This document shows positions 10,174 through 21,384 of a stretch of DNA of 51,217 nt, one piece after another. The DNA is from Trichomonas gallinae (taxonomy: Eukaryota): NCBI GenBank assembly GCA_008369845.1, contig MRSU01010826.1:1-51217 (forward strand), written 5' to 3'. A program made the position numbers and the translations under genes. The first letter of the stretch is position 1, and each line of letters begins with the position of its first letter. The notes beneath the pieces are model-generated. The model was given only the letters and a program-made list of their open reading frames with translations. It was not told where the DNA came from and ran no database searches.

Positions 10174-12843
10174 ATGGATCCTCGGGTTTTCGCTGACCTG
10201 TCTTCAAGCGATGAAACTCTGAGAAACAATGCTACAGCAGCGTTAATAGAAGCCATGGAGGATCCAAACTTTCTAAATTTCTTACTTCAATTATTGGATG
10301 AAATAAAAACTGAGCGCAACCATATAATTACATTGAATCTCCTTTATATAATCTACAAAATGCTTGATAAGCACAGATATTCGTTTGATAGTATTCAGCA
10401 ATTAGTCCAACATCTATTCAATCTCATCCTCGAAATCGATTATCAAGCAATAGAATCATTATTACGGTGTTTCACACGAATATATACAAGTTATCCGAAT
10501 ATTTTTGCGCCATATTTAGAAATAACAATTAATACAATAATAACTCATGAGACAGTTGAAAAAACAGCTCTAGCATTATGTTTTACAAATAAATTCCTAC
10601 CTAGAGTTTTTCAAAAACAAGATTCTGTAGTAGTTTTGAACGATATTGCAGCGAGATTGATTCCAAAACTCCTTGAAATAATGAATCTAATTATAAGTAC
10701 TGCATGTGGTGCTAATCTTTCGGATTTATCAATCGATATCATTGATAATATTTATCAAATTTTTGGATTTTTGATTAAAACAGATTTTGCCATTAATTGT
10801 AGAGAGAAAATCCACTTAATTCAGTTAATTCCTCAACTTTTAACATCAAATGACTTCAGATTGAAAATGAACGAATTTAGAAAAAGTTTATTAAAAAACC
10901 AAGATGGAATTGTATCGATTCTCATGTCAAAATATGGCAATCCAGAATTTGTTAGACCTCAAGCACAGCAGTTTTCTAGTTTTATTTTTACCGAGTTCTC
11001 TGCAATCATTATAGATTCCTTACTCCAAGTTTATTCGTCGGCAAGAGATAATTATGACTTAATTACATCCATTATTCCAGTGTTCACGCTTATGATTTCA
11101 AAAGGAGTCCATTTAGAAGTCTTAATCTCAGAAAATTTCATCACAACATTTGTTTTTCCTGTCTGCAGACTTCTGCAAGATGACTATGCTTTGATGGAGC
11201 AAAATCCATTGCAATATTATTACTTTTGCGTTAAAATCAATCATAACACAGGAAAAGATATCGTGAGAGGGTGCATATATTTCTTATTGAAAGAAATGCA
11301 TATTCATCAGCCTGACATTGTTCATTATTTCATAGATCATTTTTCGGATAATGTTGTTGATAATGAAGGACTCGAGTCAAGGCTATTTATCCTTTCTATT
11401 CTTTCATTATTTGAGAAATTTGATGAGAGGGTAATCACTCCTTTGCTATCTATTGATTTTTCTGAAGATCTTTCTGTTAGACTCCAATTTTTGGGATTAC
11501 TTGGAAATATAATGAAACATGGATCTATCGGCACAATAGAAACAACAATTTACTTGATAGAATTGTCTTGCAACGCAATTTTTAATGATCCATTTCCTTT
11601 AGGTAAATTTGCAAGCTGCATTTTATTCTTGAAAACATATGATGAAAATTCATACAATGTCGCAGAGAATTACAATATAATAGAAATGATACAAATAATT
11701 ATTTCAATCATGGAAGAATTTAATGATAAAAAGATTCAACGGATTATTTCGATTTTGGCTGTCTCTCATCCAGAATCACTACAATCTGATGCTTATTCGC
11801 TCATTTCTACTTTACTAGAACTCTGGGAAGGAAATGCAAGCACTTTAGATGAAAATTCGGATTATTCATCAAATGCAAGCGAGATTTTAGTTACTGTTGC
11901 ATCCATTATTGATTCTATGCCAATGGATTTATTCAAAGACGAATCTGATCAAATAATAGAATTTGTTTTCAAGTGCTTGGTTCAATACAGCGTTGCAGAC
12001 TGCGAGAAACAGCTATGTGCTATTCTTATTTCACTTAAGAAGAAGCTTTCAGCGCCACAGATTTCTTTTTACAATGTTTTCGATGCTTTCGTTCAGGTGA
12101 TCGAGAATAATGAAACAAAAGTTGATCTCATTGAAAACTGCCTCGATCTTATTATGTGTTTAATCAATGATTTCCAAAATTTTGTTGCATCCGAGAAGAT
12201 TTCAGTATTATTAAGTTTAATCGATCACACGATGCAGCAGACAGACTTAGAAATGTATACATCAGCAATTTCCATATGTTTAGCCAATGTTATTCAACAC
12301 TTGCAAAAATCTGAGTCTGCGCTTGAATTAACGCAAAAATCATTTGTATTCATCAATGATGACTCGCAGATGACTTTATTTGAGTCTGCTATCATCCATC
12401 TCGCTTCTGGGATTTTAATTAATGAAATAGAAATTTGCTCAAACACTCCTGATGAAATCATAGGATTCATTCTCAATAGAGTCAAGAAACTTTCTAAAAG
12501 CAGCTGCCAGAGAGTTCGAAGATATTCTATTATTTGCATGACTTCTTTCGCGCAAAGCAGAAATGCCCCAGAACTGGCAAATGCTGCTGCGTTTTTGATG
12601 AATTCATTGTTACGAGAAGATTCATATAATTCAGAATATTCGGATTATTCAGACATTGATTTACTTGATTCTGATGATAGTGAAGGTGGCATGTCTGGCT
12701 ATAAAGCACCATCTAACAAGCTTCCATATGATGACTTTGACGTTCATTCTTACTTCAAATCAAAAATGATTGAATCTGGATTAATCAACGCACTTGATCC
12801 ACGCTATCAAAATCTTTTCGCAGAACAAGCTCCAACACAATAG
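10174..12843 (+). CDS. Importin-beta superfamily HEAT-repeat protein (importin-7/8/11-like)
   Basis: N-terminal SSDETLRNNATAAL...PNFLNFLLQLL resembles the IBN_N region. DDYALMEQNPLQYY resembles the D.ELW.EDP.EY motif; acidic patch near the C-terminus. ATG at 10174 (track start is TTG). Confidence 0.75.
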   Translation: MDPRVFADLSSSDETLRNNATAALIEAMEDPNFLNFLLQLLDEIKTERNHIITLNLLYIIYKMLDKHRYSFDSIQQLVQHLFNLILEIDYQAIESLLRCFTRIYTSYPNIFAPYLEITINTIITHETVEKTALALCFTNKFLPRVFQKQDSVVVLNDIAARLIPKLLEIMNLIISTACGANLSDLSIDIIDNIYQIFGFLIKTDFAINCREKIHLIQLIPQLLTSNDFRLKMNEFRKSLLKNQDGIVSILMSKYGNPEFVRPQAQQFSSFIFTEFSAIIIDSLLQVYSSARDNYDLITSIIPVFTLMISKGVHLEVLISENFITTFVFPVCRLLQDDYALMEQNPLQYYYFCVKINHNTGKDIVRGCIYFLLKEMHIHQPDIVHYFIDHFSDNVVDNEGLESRLFILSILSLFEKFDERVITPLLSIDFSEDLSVRLQFLGLLGNIMKHGSIGTIETTIYLIELSCNAIFNDPFPLGKFASCILFLKTYDENSYNVAENYNIIEMIQIIISIMEEFNDKKIQRIISILAVSHPESLQSDAYSLISTLLELWEGNASTLDENSDYSSNASEILVTVASIIDSMPMDLFKDESDQIIEFVFKCLVQYSVADCEKQLCAILISLKKKLSAPQISFYNVFDAFVQVIENNETKVDLIENCLDLIMCLINDFQNFVASEKISVLLSLIDHTMQQTDLEMYTSAISICLANVIQHLQKSESALELTQKSFVFINDDSQMTLFESAIIHLASGILINEIEICSNTPDEIIGFILNRVKKLSKSSCQRVRRYSIICMTSFAQSRNAPELANAAAFLMNSLLREDSYNSEYSDYSDIDLLDSDDSEGGMSGYKAPSNKLPYDDFDVHSYFKSKMIESGLINALDPRYQNLFAEQAPTQ

Positions 12844-13225
12844 AAATTGAATCCACATTGTATGTGTGATATTTTTGAAATATAAATACAATTTAGATAC
12901 ATAGACTGTTAATTATGCCTGTTGGCATACCTATATATATTATGAAATTTAATTTATAATCTTGTTAATTAATTTGTTTGATTAAAATACTATCTATATT
13001 ATTTAATAGAAGATGATGTATATTCTAAAAACTATGTGAATTTTAACCAAACTTCATTTAATAAAGAATGAGAATATTTTGGCATGTAAAATTATTTCTG
13101 TTATGTAAATTAGAAATTAGAAATTTGTCGTGTAAAATTATTCGTGCATACAAACTGAATTTACATGTCGTGGGGTTTTTGTTTTCACATGATTTGGCAA
13201 GAATTGTAAACTGACAAAAAAAATA

Positions 13226-13660
13226 ATGAATAGTAGATTTGCTCTTACGAGGAGGAGTAAATGTGCTATTTCATTATCGGAGTTAGAGAAACAGAAGAAA
13301 GATAAGAAGAAACCAGGCCATAAAACAGAAAGAAAGAATAAAAAAATGTCTGCGAGTCAATTATATCAACTAGAATCATGTTTAAGATTATCAAGCACGC
13401 AGAAAATACCGAGGATTAGTCAAATTGAACCTAATGAGTTTGCTTTAGAACCAGTAATTACTCAATCAAGGATTGATTTAGAAAACCAATATAATGTTTT
13501 ATGGGAGCAATACCAAGATGTGATGTTAGAATCACAGGAACTCAGAAATCAAAAGAAGGCTTTATTATTAGAAGTCGCGTCAATTAAAAAGCAACAAATT
13601 CGACTACAACAGTTAATAGAGCTAGCTAAATCAGGTGCAAAACCAGATACAGAAGATTAA
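13226..13660 (+). CDS. Small basic protein with C-terminal coiled coil (144 aa)
   Basis: ORF after an A-rich leader; Lys-rich NLS-like N-half and heptad C-half; stop overlaps TAAA. Confidence 0.75.
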   Translation: MNSRFALTRRSKCAISLSELEKQKKDKKKPGHKTERKNKKMSASQLYQLESCLRLSSTQKIPRISQIEPNEFALEPVITQSRIDLENQYNVLWEQYQDVMLESQELRNQKKALLLEVASIKKQQIRLQQLIELAKSGAKPDTED

Positions 13661-13809
13661 AATCCAAAACCTCAAGAAAAATAATCTGATCGGAATCAAT
13701 AATTGTTCTTCAACCGCGGGAACTCTTTAGTAGCTTCTAACTACTGTTGTTTGTTAATGTTTTGTTTGTAAAATGCTCATATCTTGTTTATCTGCAGAGA
13801 TTTCATATT

Positions 13810-13841
13810 TAACCTTATTTTTAAATAACCTTATTTTTAAA
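13810..13841 (+). repeat. Perfect 16-bp tandem duplication TAACCTTATTTTTAAA immediately before the 7TM gene ATG
   Basis: Copies at 13810-13825 and 13826-13841; ATG at 13843. Confidence 0.9.
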
Positions 13842-13842
13842 A

Positions 13843-14877
13843 ATGATTTTGAATCCAGAAATGAATTTTGATCCAACCATTGGACTTGGCCCGTTGGTTG
13901 ACCCATGCAACAGGCTGAGCGACTTCGGCGAATGCAAGAAAGGAGTTGGTATATTTCAGGATTTATTATTGTTATTTATCGCGATTTACCTCAGTTACAT
14001 TTTAGTCCCGCTGATCAAGCAGAAATTGGTCCTAAAAATATCGGTTCCAGTCGCAATTTTGCGTTTCTGGTCTGTTTCATTTTTCGCTGTAATTTTAACA
14101 ATCGTAAATCAAAGAATGATTCCCGCATTCGGACAGCCATACCATATAGTGAAAAATTCTACATACAATTCCGAAATTATGGAATTTCCAACAATTCATC
14201 ATTATGAAACAGCATTCAAGACTCCTTTCTATGTTGGTTACATTTGTATTTACATGTATGACTTCCTTTTCTTGTTTATTATCTCCTCCGTCAACAAAAT
14301 TTACACAGTTTCACATAGAATGCTAGGAAGCATATTCGAGATAATACACAAGGTATATATAGTTGCTTACTGCATAATCATATTCCTCTGCACTTTATTT
14401 TCGATTCGCTATTTCCAGGAGATCGTTGGATATAAATGGCTGAGTGTAGCTTATACGATGAATTTTGTCATTCATCCTTCGGTCCTTCTCTTCTTTTATA
14501 TAGTCTGCTGCTGCACTTTCGTATTTAATCAACAAGCTGACTGGCTTTATCCGACATCTTTTAAATATTTGATGCAAGTCAGTCTTTTCTTCATTATGTT
14601 CCTCATTCTTATTCAAACATCATTCTCTGTGTTTATGTTCCACATGTCTCCAAATCCTATTGCATTATTTGCAATGAAAGATTATTCAAAATACAGATGG
14701 TACTATCAGAATATAGTATTAAGCTATGATTTCTTAGTATTTATTTTTCCGTTCATATTCCTCGTCCTTATGATGCTCACAATCTCTAAAATTAATATCG
14801 ATATTCAAAATCCCCAAGAGGACTTCTCAAACACATTTGAAAAGAGCCTCATTGGAGATGAACATGAAATTATGTAA
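13843..14877 (+). CDS. Seven-transmembrane protein (GPCR-like topology)
   Basis: Seven hydrophobic segments counted by eye, a short N-terminus with two Cys, and an acidic cytosolic tail ending EKSLIGDEHEIM. Confidence 0.75.
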   Translation: MILNPEMNFDPTIGLGPLVDPCNRLSDFGECKKGVGIFQDLLLLFIAIYLSYILVPLIKQKLVLKISVPVAILRFWSVSFFAVILTIVNQRMIPAFGQPYHIVKNSTYNSEIMEFPTIHHYETAFKTPFYVGYICIYMYDFLFLFIISSVNKIYTVSHRMLGSIFEIIHKVYIVAYCIIIFLCTLFSIRYFQEIVGYKWLSVAYTMNFVIHPSVLLFFYIVCCCTFVFNQQADWLYPTSFKYLMQVSLFFIMFLILIQTSFSVFMFHMSPNPIALFAMKDYSKYRWYYQNIVLSYDFLVFIFPFIFLVLMMLTISKINIDIQNPQEDFSNTFEKSLIGDEHEIM

Positions 14878-15144
14878 TCAAATCTATCTTGTTTTATTTT
14901 TTAGTAAATATCTTTCAACTTAAATTTTGACTATATAAATCATATAATAGCATGCAAAATTGACTAATTATAATAATTTTATTGAGAAAATAATATCATT
15001 CCATATATGTTTTTCATCAAAAGGAATTTTAACATTTTCTTTTTTACATGACAAATGTTCACAATTTTTTCAATGAAAATTGACATTTTGACAGTGTAAA
15101 CGTTTATTATTCCCTGCAATATTTTTAAAAACCCTCATTAATAA

Positions 15145-17838
15145 ATGTCTAGGTTCTTTTCCAGTTCTTTACATGGGAAAGCTACCAAAGACGATGAAGA
15201 CTCTGGAAAGATTTCTTCGTTGAGAAAACAATTGTATCAACAATATGAAACAGCTATTAATACATCAGAAAAGTATAAACCAAAAAACACGACTAATTAC
15301 AGAAGAGAACCAACATATTCAGGATATAACACAACTACAATGAAATTTAAAAAGACTCCTCAATATAATTTTAATGATGAATCATTAGTATCGAAATTTG
15401 GTGGAATATCTACCAATACATCACGTTATATGCGTAAATCTTACTTATTCGATACCTCTGATGATGATGGCTATGTACCAACGTCATTTTCGTCACGATT
15501 TTCATCAAAATTTGATAATATCAAGCCAACATCATTATCAAAGTTTAAATCTCTATATGGAAGCATTGCTGAGCAACCAGAAAAAGAATTAACATCTACT
15601 TTTATTCAAGATGTTTCATTATCAGATGATTTATTTGATTCATCTACAGATACACCAATACTATCCAGACCTAAATCGATTGTTTCAGCTAGAAAAGATA
15701 AAGAAAACTATTCACATATTTCACCAAAATCAGAATCAATTTCTAAGAAATATACATCAAATCCACGTTCAAAAGATAGATACGACGACTTATCAAATAA
15801 TGATTCTATTGATACTGAAATTCTCTCTGCATTGAAAAATCAAACGCGAAATAAACAAAATGATACGAATCCGACAAGATTTTCTCGAAATATAATCAAA
15901 CAAGACTCAGAATCAGATGAAATTATGCAACAAAAACCAATTAAATCAAAATATTTGAATAAAGAAACAAATTTGAAGTCAAAACCTAGTATACCCATTA
16001 ATCCACTAGATCAACATGAATATTCCGATGAAACGCAAGAATTATCATATTCATATCAAAAGACGCAATTATTAAGTGAAAAATATAAGCAGAAGCCTTC
16101 TGCACAGCCAGAGGAATCATTCACACCGAAAAGTATTCTTAAAAGGCCAAAACGTATTGGAATTTCATCAAATCAGATTCAACAATCAGTTGATGTTCCA
16201 AATGGATATGAAAAGCCAGCACAAGAACCAAAAACACAGAAAACAATGGATTTTTCAGATAAATTTGAACAAATTCAAAATCCGATAATTAATAGTCTTA
16301 ATCGACTTTCAAGCAAGCCAGAACAGCCACCAACATCACAAGAAAATGCAGATAAATCAGTTAGAAATCTCAAATATACAATTCCTGAAAATAATTCAAA
16401 TTCAGTCAAAAACATTCCAAAACAAGCATTATCCGCTACAATTCCAACAGACAAACCTAATATTGAAGCAGATACAACACCAAACAATGTTTTCAGAAGC
16501 AAATATAAAAATGAGCCAATCAAAGACATTTCTTACGATGAAAATCTCAGCATTGACACGCCTAATTCGAAGAAAGCAGCAGAACAAACATCACCGCCAA
16601 TCAGTGGCAAAGTTGACATCGAAAATGAAATTCCAAAAGAAATCGTTATAACTCCTGACGAGCGAAAAAAGATGCTCTCAGACAGGGTTCTCGCTGATAA
16701 AAACCTTCTTGACGAAATGAAGAAGTTCGTCAGCGATGAATTCATTGATTACGATTTTTACGAGGAAGAAGATTTATCATATGATGATGCATTGAAATCA
16801 TTTGACGATGCTCAAAAGCCAACAAATACTTTACTAAGTAAAATCACACCAAGCCAAGATGAAAACATCTTCAATCAAATCGTTGATGACCAGTCAGCTT
16901 CAAAACCAAGGAACAGCAATTTCAACAAACAAATCGAAAAACCTTTAAAACAAGATAATGTCAAAGCATGGCCAATTAATGATGATAAACTTGTCTCAAA
17001 CAAACAAGAAAAATCTAATCTTCCATACAAAGAAAAGAAACCTAAACCAGTTGCTGATGAAAACAAATCAATTCCTCAACAAAGCATCAAAAATCAAATT
17101 GAAAAGCAACCAAATAATAACGATGATAAATTAATCTCTAATGACAAAATTGTACAACAAGAACCTAACTTATCAAATGATTTGACTAACATAGAACCAA
17201 ATAATATCGTTAATAAGCAAAAAGAAGAAGATAAAATCACTCCAAAGCAGCCAATGAGAGAAGAAAAACAACCAATAGGTGAAGAATTTGATTCTGAAGC
17301 TGATGTTAATTTTGTCAGTAAAGATGATGATGTTATTGATAAAGAGGATGAAGAAGATCAATTCGATTTATTCAAACCAGGAATTGAGGAAGAAGAGGAA
17401 GAAGAAATAATAAACAGTTCTCCGCAGAAAAGAATGAATGTTGACGCCAGTATCCAGAGCGAGATGATGATAGAGTCGAAGCCAAAGCTTATTATTCAGC
17501 CTGTCGACTACCATGAAAACGAGATTGGATCCATGATGACAATGACGATGACAACAAACGACGAATGCATCATTGACGATTCGATGGTTGTTGTAGAAAA
17601 GGTTGAAGAAACGTGTGATAACATATTTAAACCGGGAGAGAGCATGACAATTGACATAGAGAATGACTCATTCGTGGAAATGGATGAAGATGATGAGGAA
17701 ATTGCTGCAAATGATATAATTGCGATTGCATTTTCGAAAGACAAATTAGACCCACCAATCAAATCAACAATATTTGGCTTGATACGTATTGCTGATATAC
17801 TCATTGAAGAACAATCCCAATATATTGGTTTAATTTAA
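15145..17838 (+). CDS. Large low-complexity, probably disordered protein (S/K/N/Q/E-rich, acidic C-terminus)
   Basis: 897-aa uninterrupted ORF; TCATTA Inr-like element just upstream; no recognised domain. Confidence 0.8.
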   Translation: MSRFFSSSLHGKATKDDEDSGKISSLRKQLYQQYETAINTSEKYKPKNTTNYRREPTYSGYNTTTMKFKKTPQYNFNDESLVSKFGGISTNTSRYMRKSYLFDTSDDDGYVPTSFSSRFSSKFDNIKPTSLSKFKSLYGSIAEQPEKELTSTFIQDVSLSDDLFDSSTDTPILSRPKSIVSARKDKENYSHISPKSESISKKYTSNPRSKDRYDDLSNNDSIDTEILSALKNQTRNKQNDTNPTRFSRNIIKQDSESDEIMQQKPIKSKYLNKETNLKSKPSIPINPLDQHEYSDETQELSYSYQKTQLLSEKYKQKPSAQPEESFTPKSILKRPKRIGISSNQIQQSVDVPNGYEKPAQEPKTQKTMDFSDKFEQIQNPIINSLNRLSSKPEQPPTSQENADKSVRNLKYTIPENNSNSVKNIPKQALSATIPTDKPNIEADTTPNNVFRSKYKNEPIKDISYDENLSIDTPNSKKAAEQTSPPISGKVDIENEIPKEIVITPDERKKMLSDRVLADKNLLDEMKKFVSDEFIDYDFYEEEDLSYDDALKSFDDAQKPTNTLLSKITPSQDENIFNQIVDDQSASKPRNSNFNKQIEKPLKQDNVKAWPINDDKLVSNKQEKSNLPYKEKKPKPVADENKSIPQQSIKNQIEKQPNNNDDKLISNDKIVQQEPNLSNDLTNIEPNNIVNKQKEEDKITPKQPMREEKQPIGEEFDSEADVNFVSKDDDVIDKEDEEDQFDLFKPGIEEEEEEEIINSSPQKRMNVDASIQSEMMIESKPKLIIQPVDYHENEIGSMMTMTMTTNDECIIDDSMVVVEKVEETCDNIFKPGESMTIDIENDSFVEMDEDDEEIAANDIIAIAFSKDKLDPPIKSTIFGLIRIADILIEEQSQYIGLI

Positions 17839-18020
17839 TTTATATTTTATCTTTTGTATTATATTTTGTAAATTTTTATCTATATGTAAATTACTATCAA
17901 ATCTATGAATATTGTCAATAAATTAATATTGATTCATAAATTGCAAATATAAAATAAATAAAAAAGTTCTTTCTGATAAACGGCAGTTAATAAATTTAGT
18001 TTAAAAACACTTGTTCATGG

Positions 18021-19097
18021 CTATTGGTTGAGATTGATCAACTTTTCAGACAAAAGAACGAATGAATCATTAAGCTTTGATGGATCAACAGCACATGTTA
18101 CAAATGATGTTACCTGTGCATTTGGTGCGCGATCTGGTGCCATCTTGAAGTATTGAGATTCGATAAAATCGATAACACCGGAAACGTTCTTAATATCGCC
18201 TTCAAAGTTTGGATATGCAGTTTTGAATTGGCCTGGAACTGTTTGTAACTTCTTGCGAAGCTCATCTTCCTTGTTTAAGATTAAGAAAACAGGCTTTTCT
18301 TGGAAAACGCCTTTGCTGATTGTGCTCTTGAATAACTCAAGGGAATCTGTTGTTCTGCGCTCTTCTGCGTTTTCAAACATGCATTGATCGAAATCTGCCA
18401 ATGAGACAACAAAAATGATGGCAGTAACATTCTGGAAAACGCTCTGCCACTTTGTACGTTCGTTCTTCTGGCCACCAACATCAACAAGTAAGACTTTACG
18501 CCCATTAATATTGAATTTGACATTATTGATGCCTGTTGTACGAATGCGGCACTTGATAACGTCATCATTGTCTGGGATATAATCATCCTGGCTGATTCTT
18601 TCAACAGAATCTAAGAAATATGCCGAATGATCTGAAAGTTGGCTAGAATGGATTTGATCGTAAACAACTTTTGCACTTGGATCAGCCCAAACCTTTTTAA
18701 TAGCATCAGAAAGCTCTGGGGAGAGTTCAAGTTCATTCTCACTTTCCTTGATCAAATTCACTTCGAAATCGAGTGTAGAGCTGATTGGTATTGCCATATT
18801 TTCAGCTGCTTTAACAATTGTGATAATATCTGTGATAATATTAATCCGGATTGGATTAATAAGGAGTTTCTTCTCTTTGATCGATAAACCACCAGTGTAT
18901 AAGTTCCTAAGTTGCCTCCAATATGTTGATTTACCGGATTCACCTGGACCTAAAATTAAAATCTTAATTTCTTCTTGATCAAAAGTTCCTACTTCGATCT
19001 TAATACCATTGTCGTTGAAGTCTACGCTTTGCTTGCTTGGTTTTGGCGGCTTGGCTGGATCAGGTGTTTTCTTTGGTGAACTAAGGAAAGCTCCCAT
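18021..19097 (-). CDS. Heterotrimeric G-protein alpha subunit
   Basis: G1 GPGESGKST, G2 RIRTTG, G3 DVGGQ, G4 NKED, G5 TCAVD. ATG 19097 gives MGAFLS (MGxxxS myristoylation). Inr TCACTTT at 19113-19119 (minus). Confidence 0.97.
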   Translation of the reverse strand: MGAFLSSPKKTPDPAKPPKPSKQSVDFNDNGIKIEVGTFDQEEIKILILGPGESGKSTYWRQLRNLYTGGLSIKEKKLLINPIRINIITDIITIVKAAENMAIPISSTLDFEVNLIKESENELELSPELSDAIKKVWADPSAKVVYDQIHSSQLSDHSAYFLDSVERISQDDYIPDNDDVIKCRIRTTGINNVKFNINGRKVLLVDVGGQKNERTKWQSVFQNVTAIIFVVSLADFDQCMFENAEERRTTDSLELFKSTISKGVFQEKPVFLILNKEDELRKKLQTVPGQFKTAYPNFEGDIKNVSGVIDFIESQYFKMAPDRAPNAQVTSFVTCAVDPSKLNDSFVLLSEKLINLNQ

Positions 19098-20625
19098 AAA
19101 ATTGCTAGCAAAAAAGTGACGACTCAATCGTTTCTTATCTTAAATTTGAACAATTCATTAATTTTTAGAATTCTTATACTATAAGCATTTCATTTTTAAT
19201 AAAATCATCGATAAAAATTTTGAAAAATTATTTAAGTAGTTGAACAGATATACTTTATCCACGTCAATATATTTTCACTTTTTACCATATAATCATATAC
19301 TTTTCTTTCGAAATTTTTGGAAAATATAATTAAATCTAAAATTTCAAAATAGCTCGATAAATAGGCTTCATGATGGCAATAATTATTATTTCACACAAAA
19401 TTGATGATGCATTATAAAATAATTTCAAAAATATCATGTTTAAACCAAAGATTTCGTTTTAAAATATCTTATATCTTTTGGTTCTATTTAGTTTTAAACT
19501 TAGATAAGTTAAGCAGTTTTAATATTTTCAAATCATCACAGTATTAATTTTCATGGATTTTCACGATTACAAATGAATATCTATAACTTTACAGCAATAA
19601 TGAATGTATATATATCAGCAAAAACACTTTATCTAGATGCAAACAATAAAAATGATTAGATATGCATTTTTCTGAGGAGTATGTAATTATAAAGTAGACA
19701 GTAAATTGATTTCAAGACAAAACACAGGTAAATCTTAAATTATAGGAAAAAGATAAAAAACGTATTCGCTGTGTACTCTTTGTTGTGATTAAGATATACT
19801 GTAGAAAAGCTTCTCATTTTGATTGGATTCATTTTAAAATCAGCACAAATTAATAATTGCTTAATATTTTTCCTCGAATTCAAGAAAGTAAAAGCGGCAA
19901 TTGAGTTATTTGTAATTCATCATCGTGACCATCATCAAATATTGGAATAAATATAGATTTTTCCGATTAAAATGTATGTTGCCAAAATAATTTTATTGTA
20001 AGATTTCTGAATTTCAAAATATAAAGTGGATAAAATATCTTTAACATGAATACAGCGTAGGAAAATGATTAACATATGGATTCATATATATTTGGAATAT
20101 ATTTTTATAAAATATATTTGAAATTGAGTAAAACATAAAGGAATTTCGATTTTTCTTGATGAATCTGCACCTACTTGATGATTCATTAACAATGTGATGT
20201 CTATTTTCGTTCAAAGTGAACAAAACAAAACCGGATAAAACATTTTTTGATAACTTTGAAAAAAATTTGAGAGCGAAAATAACATGGACATAAAACCTTT
20301 ATAATTCCATTGATTATTTATTTATGAGCTTAAATAAAGATATTGTCTCAATTGAATACAAGGCGATCAATTATAAATAATGCTAAGTACAGTGAGATCT
20401 ATAAATGCTACATTTAGGCATAAAATATGTTTTTTATTATAATTCGCATGTACATACAATTATGAACATTATTCTCCAAGAACCATCATCCAGCACGTTT
20501 AATGTTAATAAAAAATTGAATAGATGTCAGAAAAATAAATCTCTCAATATTATTATGTATTTCTTATAGTAATAGGCATAAGGGTTAAAATAGATAAATA
20601 CTGAGGTGGTTGTCAAATTTATCAA

Positions 20626-21147
20626 ATGAGCTTAGCTCAGGAAGAAAATCGGAAGCACAAATCTATCGGGAAACCACACCCTAAGACTCAATTCACGATG
20701 CTGGAGGATATGACCCTTAAAAAATTAGTGAGTATCTATGGTGACTCAGATTGGGAACTAATTTCGAAAATGATGGTCTCACGGAATCCGAGACAATGCA
20801 GAGAGCGGTGGAATAAGTTCCTTTCGGACTCAATTAACAAAGAGCCATGGACAGAAGAAGAAAATAACCTACTTATTTCAAAATATAAAGAATTGGGACC
20901 GAAATGGATGAAAATTTCGAAATTCTTTAATGCGCGTACCGACGTTTATATTAAAAATAGATGGAACATAATTATGCGAAAAGAAAAGCTAAAACAGAAA
21001 CTTGAACAGATATCTAAAGCACAAGCAAATAATAAAAAAGTTGAAATCGTGTCCGAAAAACCAGAAGAGACTTTTGAGTATGATTTGTTTGATATCAATC
21101 CATCATTCATAGACGAAGCCACACTCATGAAAACTTTTGGCATATAA
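20626..21147 (+). CDS. R2R3 Myb-like DNA-binding protein
   Basis: FTMLED..L..LV..YG..DW..IS..M..RNPRQCRERW and WTEEEN.LL...Y.ELGPKW..IS.FF..RTD..IKNRW repeats. Confidence 0.97.
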   Translation: MSLAQEENRKHKSIGKPHPKTQFTMLEDMTLKKLVSIYGDSDWELISKMMVSRNPRQCRERWNKFLSDSINKEPWTEEENNLLISKYKELGPKWMKISKFFNARTDVYIKNRWNIIMRKEKLKQKLEQISKAQANNKKVEIVSEKPEETFEYDLFDINPSFIDEATLMKTFGI

Positions 21148-21351
21148 TTGAGATTCTTTGTTTTTTTGTTAAATATTATATACAGGCATGCTCGATATCC
21201 TGTTTATTCGCTGCGTATAACCCAGGATTTCGTTTAATAATAATTTTTTTCATATAAATAAAACAATTTTGACTTTCTTTATTGCATATGTATTGTTTAG
21301 ACTCTAGATATGCTAATTGCATGGTCAAACTTGTCAGATATGATTGGACGG

Positions 21352-21354
<3 letters not shown>

Positions 21355-21384
<30 letters not shown>
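21355..21384. repeat. Poly(T)30 homopolymer
   Basis: 30 consecutive T, by far the longest homopolymer seen in the window. Confidence 0.95.
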
